Origin: Macrostomum lignano | Lineage: Eukaryota | Assembly: GCA_002269645.1 (NCBI GenBank) | Contig: NIVC01001256.1 | Coordinates: forward strand, 62,001-126,000 | Reading direction: 5' to 3' | Length of the DNA stretch: 64,000 bases | Shown: piece by piece, positions 11,805 through 24,275 of the stretch | Numbering within the stretch: position 1 is the stretch's first letter | Layout of the letters: each line of letters opens with the position of its first letter | Position numbers and translations under genes: made by a program | Notes under the pieces: generated by a model | Databases searched by the model: none | Seen by the model: only the letters and a program-made list of their open reading frames with translations | Told to the model about the DNA's origin: nothing

Positions 11805-13572
11805 AGTACTAACAAGTGATAATTGACAAAAACAGAGTCTTTAGCAATAAAAATGTTGTTCTTGCTCCGCTATACTTTTAATGCAAGTATGCAACAGTCT
11901 GATCGTCAGGCTTATATAGGTTGGCTTGGCAAGCGAAGCGAAGCGGCGCAAGATATATATCTTGAAAATTATTTTAAATCTTTATTCAAACTGGTGCGAA
12001 AATAAAATTACGATTGACAAAATCGCGATTTGGCTTCCCATTGGCAACTACAATATTAAGCTTAGCTTAAAGCTGTAAAAAGAGCTGTACTTGTGCACAT
12101 GCGATCGCGAAAAGGCGAGAAAGTTTGTTCATTACTGACTGTGAACTGAGCTTGAGCGAGAGCCGTGACTGCATTTCGTGACTGCTAGTAACTTGAGAGG
12201 CCTAGGTCGACATGCGAGACAGCGTGGGGGGATCTGAGGCTTGTAGTCGTTGTAGACCTGCAGTCTTTACCCGCAGAATAGAGGGGCAGGCGTGAAGCAT
12301 CGCAGATCATGGCTCGAAAGACGATAGATACATGCAGTCTGTCTCATACTTCACTGGCATGCTGAATACGCCTTCGCGAGCTAGACGGAGAGAACTCGAA
12401 AGCATGATGTAGAGCAGAACGCTCTGGTTGGTTGGGAAAAGCTGGACGTTCATTAATTGTTGAGACAGGAGTCAGCTATAAGGTAACCTCTAAGGCCAGA
12501 ACAGTTTCTCGATACGATCGTCACCGGTGTGCTGAGGCTACGAGCGCTCGTACTGTCTTCCTATTGATACAAAAAGAACTACGAAAGTATATACTGATAA
12601 ATCCATGCGATTAGCTAGGGTAGTAGCCTTCTACAGGTACTTTAGCCGCAGCAGCATTAGTTGATTAGTACATGCAGCTCGAGTGTACATCTATTTCCAT
12701 TCAGTTATAATTTTATAATCAAAATAAATGCCGATTGCAGAGAGCATGCTATTTAAGTTCCGTCATCGAGAACTTAATCTGCATTCGTGATCACTTGCAG
12801 TCGCAAAAGAGAAACTGCGCAGCCACCTACAGTTTGCGCAGAGTTGATTATGCAATGGGAGCAAGATTTTTCGAAAAATTGATGATTGCTAGCCACAAAT
12901 TTTACTTGCCGAGTACTTTTATGGGATAAAAGCTGAGTGAATTATCGACCGTCACTCTCACAGAAAGCGGCTTATCTCTGAGATCAGGGCTTCAAGTTCT
13001 CGGAGCTTCAAAATGTATCTGCCGCGCTCAAAGAAAATGGTAATACGAGTACAATACTTCGAACACTCTATCCGTACTCAAGTTCAGCTTTGCATGCAGG
13101 CTTGATGACGATGTGCTGACATGAAATTTATGGCTGGTGCTTGTGACTGCATAGTTACAGTATAGATTCCCCAATGTTGGGCAATTCGCTTTCTTGCCTA
13201 TAAACTTTAAGCTAAAGAAGACTGTTAAAACCAATTTGGAAGCTGCAGGGACTATGGGCGATCCTTAAGGATTCAGCTTATTAATTGTATAAAAATCTCT
13301 ACTCTTAAGACGCAACGATTTTCTACTGTCAGATAATGCAGTGCTGAATCTTCCATTGGCCAAAGAAGCTCAGCTAAATCCTCATTGGCTCTGTGGGGAA
13401 TATTTAGAGAAGAGAGATGCTTTAGCCACATCGATATTCCATTAGGGTTTACAGATCTTAAAAAAGAAAACTGCCTTTTGGCACTGTCTTTTGCATCATA
13501 ATAAAAATACAGTTTGCAGTGAATTTTCAGCCCACATTCGAACCCTAGCATTGAACAGTATAACCTGCTGTA

Positions 13573-16500
13573 ATGACTCACACTAGTTCTCAAAAACCAA
13601 CGCAAGCTGCATTTCTGCACCGTTGCGTGTCGTTGAATGACCGTCACAGCACGCAGGTTTTTACTTTCATTCTGCCGCCACACCTGCTCAAGGGATACCT
13701 ACCAGAGTGCAGTTCGAAAGACTTTGTCTACGCCTACCAAAAGTGGCGCGTGGTGTTCACCAGGGACGATCGGCACCTGGGCTGCTTCCTGGAGCTTCGG
13801 AGTCCTGCCGAGCGGACTGAAGTACGCCTCGATTTCAGCTTCACTGTACTCAACCGGAACCACTTTACGGGTAACGAGACCTATCAGGAGAAGGGCATGG
13901 TGTTTGGCCCGTCCTGCATTCAGCTGGGCCGAGCCACCTGCCTGTGCGTGGCCGATCTGGAGCAGAGAGGCTTCATGTTCCCGGATGGCCGCGCATTGGT
14001 CGAGGTTGAGCTGCGCAGTGCGAGCACCGAGTTCAAGGAGGAAATTCTTCCTTCGCTCAGGGATGTCAGGGGCCAGCTAGATGCCGAAAGCATTGAGAGT
14101 TCCTATTTTACCTTCGCCAGCTGTGACTGGAACATGGTCGTCAATGTCCGCGAGCCTGACGGATGCGGCCGCCTGCAACCCTGCCAACCCAGCCTTCTCA
14201 TGCAAAGGCACAACAGCTTTGATCACCTGTGCCGCATCCGTTACCGGGCCAGTTTTCAGGCTGGTGGCTACATCTACCACACGGAGGTCATCGACCAGCT
14301 GCTGGACGCCAAAGGCTACGGCCCAGCCCAGTCAATCGGTCAAGCAGCAGCTGGTTTATTCGCAAGTCTCAGCCCCCGAACCCCTCTGCGGCTGAGCATC
14401 TCCTTGCTGTCCGTGTGGCCAGTAACCCCGGTGGAACTGATTCCTACCAGCAGAAATAAGAGCGCGGCCAGATGCTATGACACTGACAAGCAGCAGTGGG
14501 TGGTAGAGAGCGACATTCTCGGTCGACAGCTTAGGCTGCGCTTGTTCTACAGCGACGTCAAGAATGTGCCGCGACATTTTGCTCGTCTGGTCAGCTGGAA
14601 CGCCTGCGTGGTGCCTGCAGACAAGAGCAGGCCGGCTGTCTCTGCTCTTAACGGACCTTTCACGGGATATTACTCGCAGAAGGACGGGGACGGTGGCTTT
14701 GAGGTCGAGGTGGAGGTGCCGGTTGAGGAGGTAAGTCGGGATGGGGTTTGTTTTCTCATTTAAAGGTGGGATTAGATAGCTTTCTACATGTAGCTGTGCA
14801 ACTATTAGCTGTTTTTAAATATGCTATAGCAAGGGCCCCAATCAGCTGAATATATTCCACTTTAAGTGAACTCACCTCGACATATTCTACTCAATAGAAT
14901 AGAATATTTCGCAGTAGAAACGTTTCAGCTATTATAGATGATAATGGTAATGGGTACGTCTGATGCTCCACTCGTAACATGGGAAAGCGTTCATTTTAAA
15001 GATCCTTGATCTTTGAAGACTTCTCAGATCTGTAATTAATTCTTGTGTAAACGAAAGGAGCTTCCTCGTCAGAAGTAATTCACGGCTCGGCTGCACCGCT
15101 CATCCATCAGGTCGCGAGACGCTGAGCTCAAGCGACTGAGGCTTAATCGAACGGATCAGTAATCTGCATGGAGACTGGCGGGAACAGGAGGCGAGGAGTT
15201 GCTCAGGGCCTGTGAGCACGCGGGCATGAATAAGCCAGGCTGCTGTCTCCCCAGGTCACATCTCGTCAATAATAGAGCCCTGTTGACAAGCTTTTAATCA
15301 ATTGGTTGGCTGGCTGTGTGCTGTAGACACTGAGCAGAAATCCTCATACTCGAGGCCTTTTAATTAGTTTGATATGGGGGCCACTTCAGCTTCCTCCTTT
15401 GTGCCAAGGACTTCTAGTCAATGCGGCGCCAATTCCCAAATTCTGACGTTGAAATCCGGCTTGAGACTCGCCTTCCAAATGCAGAGCCTGATTTGCATAA
15501 AGCTGCAGTTATTGATCGGCCTCTGCGGCAAGTTCATAGGGGTCCGAGATGTCAAAGCAGTTCTAGTTCAGCTGCCATTCGGTGGACCTCTCCTCTCTCT
15601 CTAGTGCTTGTCTCTACGGAAAGTCAGACAGGAAGCGTGCAGCCGCAGAGCTCAGTGGGAAACTCTTGAATTTAGGTTTAATAGGATTCCGATTGGAATC
15701 TATCAAATAGGCACCGCTTCGTCCTCCGGTAAGCTATTTATGGTACAATTCTGCTACGTCAAGTAAAAATACCACTCTGTCACACAGACTGAGTTAAATC
15801 TGAGTCGCTCTCGCTCACGGCTTTGCCAAAATTCTGATGGGGCACACAACGCGGCGTCCTGGTTTTGTAGAATGCTTTCTGATGAATTGCCTTCTGATAG
15901 TGCAGAGGTAGAATTCATAATTTAAGAATTTTATGCTGCTTACAGATTTGGGAAAGCGAATCGTGGAGCAGATGCAACATAGTGAGATGCCTTGTTTACA
16001 CACAAAGGCCTGTGTGTACAAGAGAGCCACTTTGTAGGCAGATGCCATGACCGGATTTTCCAATTCCCTCTCGCTTCAGCCCCTCCCCAGCCCGATCCCA
16101 TTCCAGCAGACTCTCTCGCATCTTTCTGTCCGCGGAATTCGCCTGTCTTTTCTGAATATCCTCTTCTGCTCATCTCACTTTTTTGCTAATTAGTGAAGGA
16201 CAGGTATGCAGGCTGTGCCTTTCAGTCTGCTTTCGCGGCAGAGTTTCCTGACCCGCTGGCTGCCCCGCACCTCATCAGTCTCGGCCGTCTGTTGCTGCAT
16301 GGCGATCGCAAAGTTTGCCTGCTCACGCTCGCGAGTTTGCGGGACCTGCCAGTCCGCATTCCGGACTCGCCCGATTGCAAAATCATGTGCATTTGTTTAT
16401 TGCTGAATTAGGCGGAGAAAGCCCGCACTGACTTGCTGTTTGCTTGCCCCCCCCCTGCCGCCCGATCTTAAGCTGCGGGCAAAGCTAATCCACTGGAAAT

Positions 16501-19500
16501 GACTGAGATGCTATATGTTAGGCGGATATTGCCCTTGGGACAAAAATAAATGCCAACTCGCTTCCCATTTCGCAGTATGCTTTGGGATCCTTGAATGCCT
16601 CCGCTGAGTCCTCATATGCCTCTTTTATAATTATGCATCGATGACTGAGCATCCCGAGTCCTTCAGCCCAGCCGATTTGCCAGGCCTGAAACTTGGACCA
16701 CCCACGCACCTTGCTAAAAATGTCACAGGGGTTATGCGCTGCGCTGCTGGATGCTCTGAGTCCTTGCTTCTTGCTTTGACAGAAATCCGATTAACCTCTT
16801 TGGACAAATCTTACCGCACACTTAGTGAGACATTTCCGTGTGTAAGTCGTGCTGTAAGATATAAATTAGCTAGCATTTAGCATTTCAGAAGAAGATTTGA
16901 ATTCATTTATCCGAGTTTCATAGAATCTTATGCAACTCAATAAACGTTACTTGTTGCTGTATTATGGGTGCTCAGAAAACTCAGACCATAAAGCATGTTT
17001 ATAGTACGTTACGTGGCGTCAGCTTATGCAATTGCTCTGCTGCCAGAAGAGGGGCATTAAAATACTTTAGTGCGTCCAAAAAGTTCTTAGACACCCCTTC
17101 TATCTCTGCATCTGTTCAATAGATTTTTATAAAAATTGACACAAACATGGACCTATATGTAATCAATTCAGTGCTAAAGTTTCAGCTTAATCGGGTTGAC
17201 AGAGCAAAAGCAATCGATCATTTACTGAGGAACCTACGAAATTAGCAATACGATTTTAAACTCAACAAAATTTGAAAGTTAACGAGCAAACAGTTCAAAC
17301 TGACAAGTTCCAGAACTTCAAAAACAGATCACCAATCGTGAAAATCTTCAGAAGAATCTTCAATCCGTCGAATGCGCTTGTCGTATCGCATCGGCAACTC
17401 CTCATCCTCAATCCACGCCGACCACATATCCCTAGGTGTCGCTCTGATCAGCCCTCAGCAGCCGCTTGCAGCTCGGGGAAGCTGGCGAACCGCTGGCCTC
17501 TTGGACTCATCCTGCGTGCTGGATCTGCTCAGATTGAACTCGTCTCCCAGAGCTGAAACTGTCGCCCTTTGTTGCAAGCAGACTTCGTATCGGCGAAATA
17601 TTCTTCTGCTCTTAAACCACCTGAGGCTGGTTCCGCGTCTCAGCGCACTCTGGCTATGCTGCTTACTGCTTTGTTGTTTTTTGCTCTTTAATCTATGGCT
17701 AAACCTTCACAGCTTGCATTAGTATTAAATCAATTAAGGTATTTATCAATACTCAGTGAAAGCAGTGAATTTTGCTGATTACTTTTTAGAAAAACGAGCT
17801 GCAATGTCACCACTGGAGTCCAGTTTCGATGCTCTTCCAAAATCGTAATGCTAATTTCATAGGTTTTTCAGTAAATGATCGATTGCTTTTGCTCTGAAAT
17901 TTTAGCACTGAATTGATTACATGTAGGTCGATGTTTGTGTACATTTTTATAAAAAATCGGTTAAACAGATGCAGAGATAGGAGGGGTGTCTAAGAACTCT
18001 TTGGACGCACTAAGGTAATTATTGTTCTATTTTATGTCTATAACGACGGCATGTGTTTAGCGCTCTAATATCTATGGCTAAGACATATATCGTTCGTGTA
18101 TTACTATTACTATAGATTTTTGCAGCCCATTTGGGCTTACGCGCATTGAATTTAATCCAAGATAGGCTTGCCAATGTAACGGGGCTTTTGTCTATGGTAG
18201 CAAGGCTGGCACAGCGGCATTTAGTTTGGTCCAACGAGCATCGATTTGGTAAAAACGCTCGTGAGCCATTCGGCAAATTCTTGCCCTCTTGCAACTGTCT
18301 GCTGGTTGTTGCGCACCGCTGGAATGTCGGCGTCTGTACCAACAATTTTCAGTCGTTTTTCCAGAGCTCTGCTGATAGTCGAAATGATGAAATCTGACAA
18401 CCAACTGGAACTGTTCCTTCACTTCTGCTGCACTTCTACAACGTCAACAAAGGATTCGTCTCAACTGCATCGAGTAGCAGTTGGACCTGAGGCTCTCGCA
18501 ACTTGCCTTGGCGATTGCCACCACCCTTTTGCAGGCGACCTCTGCCGGCAGTGGTTTTAACGCGGTAATGGATGCTGTAAACCATCTTTTCTTTTACATT
18601 CGGCAGCCTTGCAATGTCATTTGGGTGTTCATTGAGTGCTTCGATCACAGCCCAATGGCACTCGTTCGACAGCTTAGCATATGGTCCACAATTCTGGGAC
18701 TGATCTTACTCCACCACAGCAGTTGCAATGAAGCTATGGACCAAACTGATGATTGTTGGACCAAATTAAATGCCGCTGCCAGCCTTGATACCATAGACAA
18801 AAGCTCCGGTACATTGGCAAACCTATCTTGGATTAAATTCAATGCGCGTAAGCCCAAATGGGCTGCAAAAATCTATATTAAAACAATTTTTGCCGGCTTT
18901 TGGTCAGTCACTGTCCATTGGACAAGAAGTGGCCGGAAATCTTAGATCCGGCAACAATCATTTACAGATGGAAAACAATGCTATTGTTGCCAGGAAAGGG
19001 CTTTCGATTATTAGGTGTAAAAGGCAACAATAGATTTTTAGTTCCTTATATTTTTGAACAAAAAATTGCATATAAAAGTCAGTTAATAGCTGCTTGCAGC
19101 TGCTTGAAGGTTTCTTCAAACCAGTTTAAACTGAGAGTTATCGGGCGTCCCTTGGTTACAAACACTTTCGAATGTCATCGCTAATTCTCTCATTTTCTTT
19201 TTTGCCATGCAGCCTTGAATTAATAATAGTAATCCGAACGACAGTGAGCCGAAATGGCTTTGATCATAAATACCCTTTGTTCCTATATTTGTCGCTTATT
19301 TTCCCTAAAAGACCTGTACCTGTCAATCCGTTGAACACCTTTTCTTTGACAGCCTTTGAGAGCCGAATTGTCCTGCAGATGCTTGCGAATAGGACACAGG
19401 AGCATCGGTCCCGTCCTTATGTTTTGACGCCCTTTCCTAGAAAGATAGAGGCAGGAAAGCCTCTTTATCCGCTTCGCTTACCAGGTACTGTCTACGTGCA

Positions 19501-20529
19501 TAGTCTCATTCATTTTTTTAATCGACACACAGCAGAGAGGCGAGTTTCAGAGCGCCTTGTCGCACAATTTGTCAGCTTTCTGTTTGCTGCAACCGATTGT
19601 CGCGACTACAACTGACTTGAATTTCATGTAGAATTTAAGAAAATAGTTTTTTATCAAGAAACAAGAAAATTTTCTTTTATTGATACTAAGGTCTATCTGC
19701 GTATTGAGGCTAAAACAAATGCGTATTGAGAGCGCTCCAGTGACCGAGTGACATGAGTCTCGTTCGTTTCAAGTGACCCGCTGCACTGCCTGAGATGAAC
19801 TTATAAAGATGCCAAAGGAATTTGCAATCCAAACTTCTCCCCCCAGATCTGCGACCACAACGCCGGCTACACAGAGCCGCGGACTGGCTGCCTGACGGTG
19901 TACATCGAGTGGCGGCACTCGCATCTGGTTTACCATGACTTCTATCACCACTACGACGATATTGTTCGCCTGCACAAGCACCAGATGAGGTTTGATTAAA
20001 GAGTAAAGCATGCATGTTTTACACACAGATGAGGAGTTTAAAGTTACATAAAAGTACAAATATATGCTGTACATGCTAGAGAATCGAAAATCATGACTCA
20101 ACTGAATGATTGGGCTAACTCAATGTCAATACCGACCAAAAACTAACGAGTCCACTCCTGCCTTACCGCCGCGTCCCTATCAGCCGGGAAGTGTCGACTC
20201 TGCAGTCGGAGAACTACAGCCTAGAGAAGCAGATGTTCAACTACCAGTTGAGCATCTCGCGACACGACGCCGGTGGTGACATCGACGACACCACTGCTGG
20301 CAGCGGCGGCAACGGCTGCGCGCGCATCAGCATCTGCGCTGGATCCGAAGGTGCTGAGGTTTCGAACCAAGCAAGCTTTGAGGCCGTGTCCTCCAATGAC
20401 TCCGGTATCTCAGCGGGAGAGGCCACGGGAGCGGCAGCATCTGCAGCAGGAGCCTCGGCGAGGCGCCCAAGCCACAGGTTGCTGCCAAATCTGCCAGCCT
20501 CCTTGCCGTATGGAAACCATGGGCTGTAG
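13573..20529 (+). CDS. Uncharacterised tandem MATH/TRAF-like domain protein with C-terminal coiled coil, ~548 aa; exons 13573-14730, 19847-19989, 20184-20529
   Basis: MATH-type segments include SKDFVYAYQKWRV..HLGCFLEL..DFSFTVLNRNHF..DLEQRGF and SSYFTFASCDW. The donor GAG|GTAAGT is at 14730, and the downstream exons splice in phase to give YHHYDDIVRLHKHQMSREVSTLQSENYSLEKQMFNYQ. Confidence 0.82.
17065..18015. mobile_element. Tc1/mariner-type non-autonomous element, ~190-bp imperfect TIRs, TA TSD
   Basis: TA|CTTTAGTGCGTCCAAAAAGTTCTTAGACACCCC ... GGGGTGTCTAAGAACTCTTTGGACGCACTAAGG|TA, with inverted homology continuing about 190 bp inward. Confidence 0.8.
18113..18875 (-). mobile_element. IS630/Tc1-like deletion derivative with ~125-bp TIRs and a transposase N-terminal (HTH) remnant
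   Basis: 18111-18237 is inverted at 18755-18877 with TA flanks. The minus-strand remnant GGGNRQGKLREPQVQLLLDAVETNPLLTL resembles the HTH linker of IS630/Tc1 transposases (recognised by eye). Confidence 0.65.
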
Positions 20530-21391
20530 TTGTATTGAACTTGTGTGCAGAGTCGGCAGCCTATTCATTAGTCGTTATTGATCATGGTAACTGCTGCGTT
20601 CCAAAATCGAATTCCACTGATCATTTTGTTCAAATCCCCTCTATTAAAGCATTCGCATCAAAGCCCTTTCGTCCGTTTAAAAGTTTTGTGATTTCTGGTA
20701 TGTTATATTATGTATCGTAGGAGTTCAGTGCATAATAACTGCTTTCAATATATTTTATGAATATTGTCATTCTGCCCACCAAAGTGGCTTGAATAAGACA
20801 TGTAAAAAGGATTGTAATGCAAGTGTCTCTAACGTAAAAGCTAAATAGGTATATTTTATGCGTTCGAATACTGTCCAGAGCACATGCCAAATGCTTTGCC
20901 TCCCCCCCGGGGCCCCGACTTTGTTGCGAAAAAATCGAAATGACCCATCAATGACCAAAATGAAAAGAAAGGATCCCTTTCTTACTTTTTTATGACTGCT
21001 TGGGAGTTTCTATAGGACAGCTGCATAATTACCTGTCTGTGGTGCCAAGCGAATGCCAGGCGCAGCAATCTTGGTGATCATGAAATAAAATTCCGCCTGT
21101 TAATTTGCTTTTAGTAGAGAAAATTTTGCAATAAATATGTTACAAAAACTACGTCATATATGTCGAGCGTAGCCACAAAGCTAAAGCATAGTTTTGTTCA
21201 AATAGCAGCAGCAACAGTTGTTAAAACACATGATTGAAGGATATTCACTCCTTCCTCAAATTTTATATCCTTCCGCTGCCAACTCCCAATCCTGCGCTGT
21301 CCCGAAGAACTTTAATCCCAATGCATCTGGTCCCCTAAGGAAAAAATTCTTCAGACTGCTCTGCGATTGCGATTAGCATAATCGATATCTG

Positions 21392-21530
21392 TGTAGCTAA
21401 GCAAATTAACGTAAAATACCATGAGCTCGAGTAGCGCAGTCCCATTTTAAGAAATTGTTTCTCATTCCTCTATGTACCTTATTATTAATTATCCCGTTCA
21501 TGCTTGTATCATGACTGTATTGGAGTGTTT

Positions 21531-21606
<76 letters not shown>

Positions 21607-21774
21607 GCTCTCATCATTGCCTTCTCCCACGTGCTCTGCCATCGCGTTTTCGGCTTTCCACTGCTACACAACAGTGGCACGCTGCGCTCACTGTACCAAA
21701 TTCTTATATTCATTTATATGCTCAAGCATACGGTCATAAGAGGCCGGATTCTACACCTACACGAGCGCACTACA
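21392..21774 (+). mobile_element. 5' LTR (TGTAG...CTACA) of a decayed Ty3/Gypsy-like retrotransposon; contains a (CT)n tract at ~21535-21604
   Basis: The termini are 5-bp inverted TGTAG/CTACA. One nt later comes a PBS-like TGGCATCGTAAGCAGG (21776-21791) and then gag-like sequence. Confidence 0.7.
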
Positions 21775-21791
21775 GTGGCATCGTAAGCAGG

Positions 21792-22920
21792 CCTACCCAC
21801 CCTGCCGACTTTGAACTTGCGCGAGGAGCCCCATGCGGCACATACAAAGTGGAGCAAATGTTGGATCAGTTCCAGCTGTTTGCCGCGGCCGTTGATATCT
21901 CTGACCAGAAGCGACTGCGCCAACGCCTCTACACAGCAGGCGAGAACCTACAGGCCATTGCAGCCGGATTTGACGACACCGGTGATGACGTCGACAAGCT
22001 CGACAAGAAATCTCAATGAGCACTTCATCAGTCAATTCTAACTGTCCTTCACTCTGCTTCCAGCAGACAGGAGAGTCCCTGCACGACTGAGAGTCCCTGC
22101 GGCGGCTCAACGATACTGTGGACTGCTGCTGCAAATTCGAAGGCCTCCGGGATTCGCTGATAAGAGACCAGCTGATTGCCGGCTGCAGCTCCGAGCAGCT
22201 CCGCACGAGGCTGCTGGGAATGGACAACGTGGACATGAGCCAGGCGGTTCGGGTGGCCAGGGCAATGGAGGCAGCTGAGGCGCTGGCCAGCTTCATGGGG
22301 ACCAGCGCTGCGACCGTGTAGGCCCGCCCGCCGCCAGATCTGCAGCCGCAGAGATCACAGCTACGCAGACTGTGATCATACAAAAGTGCATCCGCTGCGG
22401 CAGCTTCTGCCAACGCAGCTGCAGTGAAGCGGTAGGCCAGACCTGCAACCGATGCAGCAAGCCGAATCAACCCGCCAAGCAGGGGCGTCGCCATGGATTT
22501 TATCGTGGGGGGGGGGGCTATATCTTCAGAATCGGTGTTGTCAGCACTCATTATAGCGCCGCAGGCACTCATTTTAGCGCCGCAGGCACTCATTTTAGCG
22601 CCGCAGGCACTCATTTTAGCGCCGCAGGCACTCATTTTAGCGCCGCAGGCACTCATTTTAGCGCTGCAGCCACTCATTTTAGCGCCGCAGGCACTTGTTT
22701 GTCGACCTGCAGCAAAATTATTGATTTCCATAACGAGTCACAAAAAGGTGGGGGTGGGGGGCAAAGCATTGGCGTGTCCCCCCATATCTTTTACTCTGTC
22801 CTCCCTGTCCCCCCCCCGTTGGCGACGCCCCTGCCGCCAAGGCCTCGCTGCTGTCCGACTGGAGGACGTGCGAGCTCCGATAGTTGGCAGCGAGAAAGTG
22901 CAGTGCCCCCGAACAAAACT
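21792..22920 (+). pseudogene. Frameshifted Gypsy gag remnant with zinc knuckles
   Basis: Gag-like segments are DQFQLFAAAV..LYTAGENLQAIAAG..DKL, CKFEGLRDSLIRDQLIAGCSSEQLRTRLL..DMSQAVRVARAMEAAE and knuckles CIRCGS..C / CNRCSKPN. There are multiple stops and frameshifts and no pol. Confidence 0.8.
22480..22833. mobile_element. hAT-type MITE (354 bp), TIR CAGGGGCGTCGCCA, 8-bp TSD CCGCCAAG, with an internal 21-bp repeat x7 (22544-22695)
   Basis: An exact 8-bp duplication lies at 22472-22479 and 22834-22841, directly outside 14-bp perfect TIRs. Confidence 0.9.
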
Positions 22921-23819
22921 TGCATTCTACTCATGAGAATGGATTACACTTCCCGTTCTAACAACAAACTTTTGGCATGCAGTGTTGCCGCTCCCACATA
23001 CAGTATATTTTTCAGAGAATATAGCTGTGTATGAGTACATTCTGTTGAGGACTTTGCTTAAAAACCCGGTAATCTCCTCAATAAAACAAATTAGAAAGAC
23101 TTTTTTACTCGAATACTAATAAATAATAATTAGTCAGCCACATATAATGAATCTAGGTTTTTAAAAAAACTTTTTTACTGCATCTAAATGCTGTTGTTCT
23201 TAATATTTCACTAATTAACTGGATCAAACCAGGGTCCGCGGATGGGTCCAGTCCATGCAGCCTCGACGATGATCTGCAGGACCTCGACGATAATAGATCC
23301 ATCCATATTACTTTAGTTTTGCAGTAGACAAATACCTTACCTTACCTAATCTATGTTCGATTGGATACCGATAACGTGCTATGTGTTTGATGCATATTTT
23401 AAAGAAAAATGCATGAATATGTTGTCATTTGCAGGAATGTCAATGTGTAGGCCCTATTGTCTTAATTGTCTATTGGTACATATGAAATATAAGAGCAGTA
23501 GAACTTGAAGCTTTTTTATCATTAATTATTGTTGTTGTAGAGGTTCTTTTCTTTATACCAAGTGGTCTATATTACTATGCTATACTTTTGGGGGCCAAGG
23601 GCACCCTATCCTTTGATAGCAAGGACTTTGAAAAATAAAGGGGATCAAGTATATCTTTGATTCTTTGCCAAAATATTGTCCTATCCCTACCTCATGTCCT
23701 CACTTAGACTTAGTGTCTGTGTTTTTCAAGGTAAAGACTTCAATAATGGTCTTGTGATTGCCTAGTCAATGATTAAATGGTTTTTGTAGGTTTTCTGCAA
23801 ATTAATAATTGGCAGTGCT

Positions 23820-24275
23820 TATTTGGCTGACACCAGTCAAATAAGCGCGTCACTATTTAGCTGGCAGTCCTGCCCCACTGCTGGTCAAATAATTGCGTCA
23901 CTATTTAGCCAGCAGTCCTGCCCCACTTCCAGAAGACTTCCAGAAACAATTAAACAAACTTGAAGGCAAGTAATAAATTGTACTGAATCTGCATTGATTT
24001 ATATTCATTGCACCTACTTTGTATTGCCCAAAGTTTAAATATCTCAAATAAATATATATAATGGCATGGCCATTGGGTGCCAAGATTGCCAGCTAAATAG
24101 TGACAAGCTTATTTGACTAGCAGTGAGGCAGGATTTGCCGGCTAAATATAGTGACAAGCTTATTTGACCGGCTGTAGGGCAGGACTGCCAGCTAAATAGT
24201 GACAAGGTTATTTGACCGGCAGTGGGGCAGGACTGCTGGCTAAATAGTAGCAAACTTATTTGGCTGGTGCTGGCT
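23820..24275. repeat. Foldback structure of ~49-bp units (GTCACTATTTAGCTGGCAGTCCTGCCCCACTG...): 2-3 copies facing 3-4 inverted copies
   Basis: The units at 23820-23925 are reverse complements of the units at 24085-24275. Confidence 0.6.

Noticed and set aside
16227-16411. GC-rich island after a CTTTCAG acceptor as exon 2 of the MATH gene
   Set aside because: It has no good donor and no recognisable similarity, and the exons at 19847 and 20184 complete the protein in phase.
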